A stretch of DNA of 64,000 bases, from positions 32,001 through 96,000 of the IMG/VR virus record IMGVR_UViG_3300033146_003848. One strand, 5' to 3'. The DNA comes from a virus. Position 1 is the stretch's first letter. Each line of letters starts with the position of its first letter. The position numbers were made by a program, and so were the translations under genes. Positions 57,588 to 64,000 of the stretch are shown here, in pieces. The notes beneath the pieces were generated by a model. The model worked only from the letters and a program-made list of their open reading frames with translations. It was not told the origin of the DNA and ran no database searches.

Positions 57588-58337
57588 ATGAATTTTTTAA
57601 ATGAAACACGACGGTATTTAATATATGCGTTTATGGATCCCAAAGATCGTCCATATTACATTTACTATAGTGACTTGTCTTATGGTGAGATATGTCGAAA
57701 AGAAGGGCATAAATTGACTGTTACTGGATATTTTGATCCTGAATATATCAAGGCTAAGGAATTTCAAAATCAAGGGTTTCCATTCGTGATTAGTGTCCTT
57801 GAGGATGGAATAGTTGAAGAAAATGATGCTATCAAAAAAGTATTTTCTTGGATAAAACATTATCAGCGAAAGAATTTAATGTTAATGAATCGGTTTTATG
57901 ATGCAGAAGGCAATGAAAGAGATGATTCTCCACATAAAATATATTTAGCATACGAAAAACATAAGAAGAAACTAAAAGATGATGCATTTAGTTGGCAACA
58001 ATATTATGAAGATATCGAGAGATATTATTCACCTAAAGATAAAAGTAAATTTAAAGGAGCAAAGAGTTATAGAGCAAAGATTTGGACATTTATAAGTCCA
58101 AGCGGAAAAAAATATGAGATATTTGGAGAGTTAAAGGAGTTTTGTAAGAAGCGAGGATTAAGATATAATTCAGTAAAGAATTATGTTCAAGGTAAATGGA
58201 AACATCCCACATATAAAGGATGGATCATTACTAAAAGAGATCCTACAGATGAAGAAAGAAAAAAGTTGAAAATCATTGACACGGCTGATGTAATAGAGTA
58301 TACTATAAGAGTAAAGACTTTAAATAATGAAGATTAA
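57588..58337 (+). CDS. Degenerate GIY-YIG (LEM-3-like) homing-endonuclease-like protein with NUMOD-type C-terminus
   Basis: YLIYAFMDP...PYYIY, WIKHY...LMN; WTFISPSGK..I..LKEFCKKRGL...YKGW. Confidence 0.55.
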   Translation: MNFLNETRRYLIYAFMDPKDRPYYIYYSDLSYGEICRKEGHKLTVTGYFDPEYIKAKEFQNQGFPFVISVLEDGIVEENDAIKKVFSWIKHYQRKNLMLMNRFYDAEGNERDDSPHKIYLAYEKHKKKLKDDAFSWQQYYEDIERYYSPKDKSKFKGAKSYRAKIWTFISPSGKKYEIFGELKEFCKKRGLRYNSVKNYVQGKWKHPTYKGWIITKRDPTDEERKKLKIIDTADVIEYTIRVKTLNNED

Positions 58338-58812
58338 TAATTTTAGGAGATTTAGTATGAGTAAATCAAAACAAAAAACATTAATGAAGTTAGAACAAAA
58401 ATATTCTAATCTCAAGCACCAACGAGAAAAGGTTATTATGAAACTACAAAGCATTAATGAGCAGTTAAAAAAAAGTCGCGGTGAAGTAAGAGCATTTAAA
58501 GCAAAATGGTACAAAAGTAATGAGAGGAGTAATATTAATATTACTGTTCATGCGGTGTTAAGATATGTGGAGAGAGTGTTGAATATTAATGTTGACCAAT
58601 ATCGCAATCAAGAGCCAAATGATAATAAATTGTTGCCATTATTACTGCAACAAGAGAGTTTGGTTTTAACTGAATTATATGATGAGATGCTTCCCGAAGC
58701 ATTAGCAAAAGCAATTCCACTTTGTGGAGATAATAGATACAAAGTGAAGACTGAACGAGGAGAATTTGATTTAAAAGTAGCCAACGATACAATAATAACA
58801 GTACTAACGTAA
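58327..58812 (+). CDS. Coiled-coil plus HAxxRxxER domain protein
   Basis: ITVHAVLRYVERVL...IITV. Confidence 0.55.
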   Translation: MKINNFRRFSMSKSKQKTLMKLEQKYSNLKHQREKVIMKLQSINEQLKKSRGEVRAFKAKWYKSNERSNINITVHAVLRYVERVLNINVDQYRNQEPNDNKLLPLLLQQESLVLTELYDEMLPEALAKAIPLCGDNRYKVKTERGEFDLKVANDTIITVLT

Positions 58813-58822
58813 GGAGTAAAAA

Positions 58823-59038
58823 ATGAAAAATTTCATAAAATTAAAAACTATTCGAGAGGATATGAATAAAAAATATTCATCTCAATCAGCATGGTTAGAT
58901 GCTGATGTTTTAGATTTAGGGCGAATGATACGAGGAGTGTCCAAAGAAGATGATGATATTATCGTTGCAAATGTGATTCGTTGGGTTTATAAATGGGAAA
59001 TAATATCTAAACGATATTTAGATTTAAGAAGAGGTTAA
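58823..59038 (+). CDS. Hypothetical protein
   Basis: AAGGAG RBS. Confidence 0.6.
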   Translation: MKNFIKLKTIREDMNKKYSSQSAWLDADVLDLGRMIRGVSKEDDDIIVANVIRWVYKWEIISKRYLDLRRG

Positions 59039-59041
59039 AAT

Positions 59042-59470
59042 ATGGAAATTGTTAAATATGAGAAATTAATAGATGTATTAATGGTTAATGAAGCATTGGT
59101 TTTTTTAAATGTGGATGAACCAGCAGAATGGGAAACAGCGATAGTAAGTCACATGATAGAATATGATATTGTGCCGGTAGATTTTCAATTTCAAAATGCG
59201 TTTATTACAAAGAGAGATGCTGATCATTGGGATTTAGTCTTCATGTTGCCTGAAAATAAGGATAATTTAGATTTATTGAAACTCAAGAAGTGGAAAGATT
59301 TAGTTAGTCCCGAAAATGAATTATCCGATGAGTATGTTGATGCTATAATGTCAGGTGATGATGATTATCATGTGGAGAGTAATGATTTAAATCGTATCGA
59401 ATGGCTTTCAGATTACGTTGAAAAATATGCTCAGGATCATAATCAATTAATAATGTCTAGTGAGGCATAA
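59042..59470 (+). CDS. Acidic hypothetical protein
   Basis: GAGG RBS. Confidence 0.65.
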   Translation: MEIVKYEKLIDVLMVNEALVFLNVDEPAEWETAIVSHMIEYDIVPVDFQFQNAFITKRDADHWDLVFMLPENKDNLDLLKLKKWKDLVSPENELSDEYVDAIMSGDDDYHVESNDLNRIEWLSDYVEKYAQDHNQLIMSSEA

Positions 59471-59539
59471 ATTAATTTAAAGTTTTTGTTTCTTTTGATA
59501 TATTATATTGTATTTATAACCAATATTAGGAGAAATTAA

Positions 59540-59734
59540 ATGAACGCTTTTGATGTATTAGATGGTAAAGAAGAATTTATCATGATTGATGAGAAAGCCT
59601 TGACGAAAACGAAATGTGTTTTCATAGAATGGTCACATAATAATAAACGAGCAATTGTGAAAAACTTGGACTTAAATAAAAATATGTCCATTGATGGTGA
59701 AGAATTTTTAGAGTTTATTGGTTGGCAGCAATAA
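59540..59734 (+). CDS. Hypothetical protein
   Basis: AGGAG RBS. Confidence 0.6.
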   Translation: MNAFDVLDGKEEFIMIDEKALTKTKCVFIEWSHNNKRAIVKNLDLNKNMSIDGEEFLEFIGWQQ

Positions 59735-59748
59735 ATTTTAGATTATTA

Positions 59749-59777
59749 TTGACAGGGCTCAAAATTAATGATATAAT
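59749..59777 (+). promoter_or_regulatory. Consensus sigma70 promoter
   Basis: TTGACA-N17-TATAAT with TG. Confidence 0.8.
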
Positions 59778-59823
59778 ATGATTATAAACAATTGAAAATG
59801 TCAATTGTAGTTTTTATTATTCA

Positions 59824-60345
59824 TTGATGGAGAGACTTATGAAATTTGTACTAATTCAAAACACAAACAACGAATTGTATTGCATCGAATCGGACAAACT
59901 CAATGACGTTGAATATCCATTCAACGTCATTGTTCCTGAGTTTGAGGGCGAACTCAGTACTAGAACCACATCACATGCGGCAGAAGACTTCAGTGTAAAT
60001 GTAAATGATACTATTTATTGCGATTCATTAGGTAAACACATTCAAGTTACCAAAATAGATTCCACCAAAGTAAATTTTGATAATATGTATCAAAATTATT
60101 TTTTAATTGAAGAAAATGAAAAAATTGATGAGGATGAAAAATCAGAAGCGGATCAAATGATAGTTCCTAGTTCATATATGATAGCGACATATCAGACAGT
60201 TAAGGATGTGTTCGTGGGAGTTCGTATTCCAACCTCAGAATATAAATGCATTAAAGAAACTAGGGTTTCGGTGAACGATATTGTTTATTGTGGAGCCAAT
60301 AGAAGTTGGATCAAAGTAATAGCAGTGTATTCTATAGGAGAGTAA
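59824..60345 (+). CDS. Hypothetical protein with duplicated SH3-like module
   Basis: VNVNDTIYCDSLGKHIQVTKI and VSVNDIVYCGANRSWIKVIAV. Confidence 0.65.
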   Translation: MMERLMKFVLIQNTNNELYCIESDKLNDVEYPFNVIVPEFEGELSTRTTSHAAEDFSVNVNDTIYCDSLGKHIQVTKIDSTKVNFDNMYQNYFLIEENEKIDEDEKSEADQMIVPSSYMIATYQTVKDVFVGVRIPTSEYKCIKETRVSVNDIVYCGANRSWIKVIAVYSIGE

Positions 60346-60346
60346 T

Positions 60347-60781
60347 GTGAAATATACAGACGAACAAATAATTTTATTGGCGATTTCTCAAAAGAAATAT
60401 CCTGAAATTTCAAGTTCCAATGCCATTCAATCTACTATATCAGGGCTTTCTCGAATATATATTTACCAAGATGACATTCAAATGCTTACTTTGGCTTGCG
60501 ATATAGGTATAGAAATTATAATTCGAGAATACTCTAATCGTCCTGATATATTAGTTAGTAAAATGAAGGATATCATGAGACAAAAGTTATCGTTAATGCC
60601 CGATGCTCATAGTTTTATATCGAAGAAGTTTAAAAGGACGCATCATGTGAAGATATTGGATGTTATATATAAACATTTATCCGATATTCCGTTTTCTGTT
60701 GGAGAAAGTAATATTTTATCGATCATTAAACAAGAGGCTGATGATACTTTAAAAAATCAGATAATTAATGTTTTTAATTGA
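60347..60781 (+). CDS. Hypothetical protein
   Basis: AGGAG RBS with GTG start. Confidence 0.6.
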   Translation: MKYTDEQIILLAISQKKYPEISSSNAIQSTISGLSRIYIYQDDIQMLTLACDIGIEIIIREYSNRPDILVSKMKDIMRQKLSLMPDAHSFISKKFKRTHHVKILDVIYKHLSDIPFSVGESNILSIIKQEADDTLKNQIINVFN

Positions 60782-60872
60782 CACGGATAAAAAATAATGC
60801 TATAATATTTATATGAAACAATCGTTTTTGTTTCATGAGTTTTAAAAATTTAAATGATGGAGATTCATTATG
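60774..60872 (+). promoter_or_regulatory. 99-bp promoter/stem-loop/RBS cassette, copy 1 (PeSL-like)
   Basis: TTGACA(60778)-N17-TATAAT(60801), hairpin ATGAAACAA/TTGTTTCAT, GGAG, ATG; 97/99 identical to copy 2. Confidence 0.9.
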
Positions 60873-61706
60873 ACATTTGGTAATGCAGAACTTAAAGACA
60901 TTTTATTTGATGTGAAAGAGATGCCAGTACTTTATCCAAACCCTGAAGAGTATGATAGTGCAAGTGGAGAATTCGAAAGTATTTCTCAATTTTCTCATAG
61001 GAAAGTCCTTTTGAGAGCCGACAATAATCGAGAATTAGGTATTGTTGGGAGTGACTGGCAACCCATTCTCAATCAAACTGCTTTGGACAGATTTGATGAA
61101 ATTTGTAAAGAAAGTAAAATCAAGTATGAACTCGGAGAAGTTCTTATGAAAGATGGAGGAGCAAAAACTTCTGTGGAAATTAAATTCCCAGAGAAAACTA
61201 TTCAAACTGGAAAAGGTGATGTCATAGAACTAAGAGGATATCTTCATAATGGATTTAATGGAAGTACATCAGTAGGCTTAGAATTAGGGTTCTTCAGATA
61301 CTGGTGTTCCAATGGAGCAATAATTGGAAGCAAAGAGCACCAATTAAAATTTAAACATACATTAAGTGCTGAAGATAAAATGGCGAATGCATTTAAAATG
61401 TATATCGAAACACGATTTAATGAGACGGAGCAATTTATTCAGAAATTGACAGCCACAAATATAACTGATGCACAAATCAAAACCGAATTCGAGGAGCAAG
61501 AAATTATTGCTAAAAAATACGAAAGTAATTATTTTGAATCATTGAATAAAGAGAGTGCTGATATGAACGGAGCACAAACACTTTGGTTAATGTATAATAT
61601 TTATACTAGAGTGATAACTCATGGACTTGAAGTGAATAACTATCGAAAACTTCAATTGTTGGCTCAAGTATCGAATAGAGCAAAGAATGTGTGGTTAGCA
61701 AAGTAA
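60870..61706 (+). CDS. DUF932 domain protein
   Basis: LGIVGSDWQPILNQ, GGAKT, NGFNGSTS, FRYWCSNG, FKHT, TLWLMYN.YT. Confidence 0.85.
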   Translation: MTFGNAELKDILFDVKEMPVLYPNPEEYDSASGEFESISQFSHRKVLLRADNNRELGIVGSDWQPILNQTALDRFDEICKESKIKYELGEVLMKDGGAKTSVEIKFPEKTIQTGKGDVIELRGYLHNGFNGSTSVGLELGFFRYWCSNGAIIGSKEHQLKFKHTLSAEDKMANAFKMYIETRFNETEQFIQKLTATNITDAQIKTEFEEQEIIAKKYESNYFESLNKESADMNGAQTLWLMYNIYTRVITHGLEVNNYRKLQLLAQVSNRAKNVWLAK

Positions 61707-61718
61707 ATATTATATCAA

Positions 61719-61743
61719 GAGGAGATAGTCGAACTATCTCCTC
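61719..61743 (+). terminator. 11-bp stem-loop after DUF932
   Basis: GAGGAGATAGT-CGA-ACTATCTCCTC; weak U-tract. Confidence 0.55.
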
Positions 61744-61762
61744 ATTATTATAGGAGAATAAA

Positions 61763-62116
61763 ATGAAAATTGATTTTAATTTTGAACGAGTTGATATATA
61801 TAAGACGGCAGAAATTGATATGCGACCAATATATTCGATGAGAGTTGGAGATTATATGTTCATCCTCGTTAATAAATATTACTATTGGAAAAAGGTCGAG
61901 AAACGAGTTTCTCATGAAAGATCCGCAACAATTTATGTTATAGATAATAATAATCGAGGACTTTATGTGACTGGAACTCATGATTCGGGGATGAATGCAT
62001 TCATTGATTTGATTGAACGTTATCCTAAAAAACATTTCCCAAAGAAGTTCGATGAAGCATTTAATGAGGAGGCACAACTCTCTAAAATTAAGGCGAGAGA
62101 TAATGAAATAAAATGA
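61763..62116 (+). CDS. Hypothetical protein
   Basis: AGGAG RBS. Confidence 0.65.
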   Translation: MKIDFNFERVDIYKTAEIDMRPIYSMRVGDYMFILVNKYYYWKKVEKRVSHERSATIYVIDNNNRGLYVTGTHDSGMNAFIDLIERYPKKHFPKKFDEAFNEEAQLSKIKARDNEIK

Positions 62117-62412
62117 GTATTCTAGGTAGATTAGTGAGACGAGCCATTTATGATGAGTTAGATAATAACCAGATTCGGAATTATAAAATAACCTCTCAAC
62201 ATGGAAAAAGTTTTGTTTATCATATTTATAATGTCCACGATCACGATAGTCATATATGTACCATTACAATTAATGACTCATTAGATGTTATAGTCAAGGA
62301 TACTATTAGTTGTAAAGATATTGAAAGACTACAGATTTTTAACACGTTGGATAAGATGTATGATAATACCATATACAAAGTTAAATATCATCCTCGAAAT
62401 TTTTGGAGATAG
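62113..62412 (+). CDS. Hypothetical protein
   Basis: Coupled ORF. Confidence 0.6.
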   Translation: MSILGRLVRRAIYDELDNNQIRNYKITSQHGKSFVYHIYNVHDHDSHICTITINDSLDVIVKDTISCKDIERLQIFNTLDKMYDNTIYKVKYHPRNFWR

Positions 62413-62421
62413 GAGAAAAAA

Positions 62422-62649
62422 ATGAAAAAAATAAAGATTTATGATGTAGAATATTGGGAAGATGATAATTATAATAGATGGTCTAATTGCACTAAACAAC
62501 AGGCTCAAGATATGTCCGACTCTTTATTGAATTGTTATAATTGCGAAAATTGTCAAATATGTACCAATTGTTCTTCTTGTGTATTTTGTTATAATTGTTT
62601 AAACTGCAATAACGCAATAAATGAAGTGAATGGCAGAGATATTGGATAA
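62422..62649 (+). CDS. Cys-rich (CxxCxxC) repeat protein
   Basis: NCYNCENCQICTNCSSCVFCYNCLNC. Confidence 0.7.
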   Translation: MKKIKIYDVEYWEDDNYNRWSNCTKQQAQDMSDSLLNCYNCENCQICTNCSSCVFCYNCLNCNNAINEVNGRDIG

Positions 62650-62791
62650 CACACTAAATAAAATAAAAAAACTTGCAGATTTAATATCCAAGAATAAGTT
62701 TCAATCATTCAAATCATATAGGTTGCCATTTATCAAAACACCTAATAGTTCATGTGTGATTTATAACATGAAAGAATATAAACAATTGATA

Positions 62792-62890
62792 TTAATTGAC
62801 ACGGATAAAAAATAATGCTATAATACTTATATGAAACAATCGTTTTTGTTTCATGAGTTTTAAAAATTTAAATGATGGAGATTTATTATG
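62792..62890 (+). promoter_or_regulatory. 99-bp promoter/stem-loop/RBS cassette, copy 2 (PeSL-like)
   Basis: Direct repeat of 60774-60872 at an offset of 2018 bp with 2 mismatches. Confidence 0.9.
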
Positions 62891-63511
62891 AAGAAATTCA
62901 CACAAAAATTACTAGATAATTTTGATAGTTCAAAGGAGAACTATCACCAACAAATTTTAGATGTTGCATATGATGCTTGGACAACAGATATGGAGTGGAC
63001 ATATGCCGACATGATAGATAATACTATTGAGCAATTTGGTCAACTTACTGCTCTATTAGTGTTAGTTGGCAAATTTAATCAACAAGTTACAAATGGGGGT
63101 CATATTCAATATATAATGAATGATTTTGCATCAAGAGGATCTAAGTATGATTTAGATATTCATAATAAAATGATATCATTGATGAGTAGCACTTATTTGA
63201 AGCCTTGTGACAACTATGATATGATATTAAAAATTATGCGGTCATTAGATGTGGTTTATTATCCATCTGAGTATGAAACTGAAACTTGTTCTTCGTGTGG
63301 TGGAAGTGGAATGAGTGATTATGGAGAAGAGGATGAGGAGTGCGATGATTGTTGTGGGACAGGAGAAATAGAATTTCTTAATGATGAGGAGTTCGTACAT
63401 AACGGAGAACATTTAGATGAACAATATTATGAGGTGTATGAAGATTGGCTTCAATCAATCGAAAAGTTATTGCATCATATGCCTGAATTAAATGGAGAGA
63501 ATCATGAGTGA
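62888..63511 (+). CDS. DMP19/DUF4375-like acidic protein with inserted DnaJ-type zinc finger
   Basis: FNQQVTNGGHIQY, LDEQYY; CSSCGGSG...CDDCCGTG. Confidence 0.6.
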   Translation: MKKFTQKLLDNFDSSKENYHQQILDVAYDAWTTDMEWTYADMIDNTIEQFGQLTALLVLVGKFNQQVTNGGHIQYIMNDFASRGSKYDLDIHNKMISLMSSTYLKPCDNYDMILKIMRSLDVVYYPSEYETETCSSCGGSGMSDYGEEDEECDDCCGTGEIEFLNDEEFVHNGEHLDEQYYEVYEDWLQSIEKLLHHMPELNGENHE

Positions 63512-63941
63512 TATATCCGTGTATCAAATGGCAATTAATAATGCCTCAAATTATATCGTAGCCTTAAATAACCGAATGAGTGCTGATGATCCAAGACGAG
63601 ATGCTGAAATTGGAATTTTTGATATTACATCGGTTTTAGAAATCATCTTTTGTAAGGCAAAAGAAGAGATTGCATCCGATATTATTAAAACTGTGAATGA
63701 TATTAGTCCTCAATCGACAATAGAAACTAGAAGTCCTAAGCAAGAGGTACGAATATTATTCCATAACATTGAGATTGATTGGGAAAAAGGGAATTATGAG
63801 GTGTATGATATTGGAGAAGATGATAAAAAACAAATAATAGATAAAATGATTGATGGTGAGTGTGCGGGAATCATACGAATTGCCGAAAATGATTCCAGTG
63901 AAGTTTTAATTGGACATTGGACTATTAAAGGAGATAAATGA
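63492..63941 (+). CDS. Hypothetical protein
   Basis: Coupled ORF. Confidence 0.6.
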   Translation: MERIMSDISVYQMAINNASNYIVALNNRMSADDPRRDAEIGIFDITSVLEIIFCKAKEEIASDIIKTVNDISPQSTIETRSPKQEVRILFHNIEIDWEKGNYEVYDIGEDDKKQIIDKMIDGECAGIIRIAENDSSEVLIGHWTIKGDK

Positions 63942-64000
63942 TGAATCAAATTGATAGAGACCTTCATATGAAAGTATACCGTTTAATTGAGAAAAATTAT

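Noticed and set aside
385-61748. Many short opposite-strand ORFs nested in larger genes (e.g. 385-639, 8079-8273, 18677-18928, 31667-31918, 51068-51286)
   Set aside because: Fully overlap well-supported genes on the other strand or frame and show no motifs
62630-62815. 61-aa ORF in the track
   Set aside because: Its 3' end runs into the repeated promoter cassette and it has no clear RBS; may be spurious or a remnant
1-64000. tRNA/rRNA genes, IS elements, introns/inteins, reverse transcriptase, stop-codon recoding
   Set aside because: No cloverleaf/T-loop motifs, transposase, RT or intein motifs seen by eye; known enzymes are full length in the standard code (tRNAscan and Infernal were not run)

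Overview
AT-rich, densely coding segment of a large (jumbo, probably T4-superfamily-like) bacteriophage genome in the standard genetic code. It is accessory, early and auxiliary-metabolism DNA with no recognisable structural module, tRNA, CRISPR array or IS. The layout is a short + block (1-3983), a - block (3973-26454) and a + block (26619-64000), punctuated by many host sigma70-type promoters (TTGACA/T-N17-TATAAT/TATATT with an extended TG). Main content: (1) a complete four-enzyme deamidating NAD+ salvage set (pncA, pncB, nadE, NadM-type adenylyltransferase) within about 5.8 kb, a candidate NAD-reconstitution anti-defence pathway distinct from NARP1/NARP2, with an internal promoter enclosed by a perfect 18-bp inverted repeat; (2) a radical SAM/SPASM enzyme with two otherwise dissimilar proteins that share an N-terminal MKxRxGFVSNSSSSSFI motif (candidate protein-modification system); (3) a cluster of poly-methionine proteins built on (ATG)n tracts; (4) two 99-bp promoter/stem-loop/RBS cassettes (PeSL-like) driving DUF932 and a DMP19-like acidic protein; (5) RNA-repair and nucleotide-handling enzymes (RtcB, Rnl2-like ligase, HAD, two DHH, Nudix, CYTH, MazG-like, dUTPase, PIN-PhoH). 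Also present are two adenine methyltransferases, a sigma factor, a DinG helicase, ClpX, a GHKL ATPase and TelA. All calls come from reading motifs by eye; no database searches were run.
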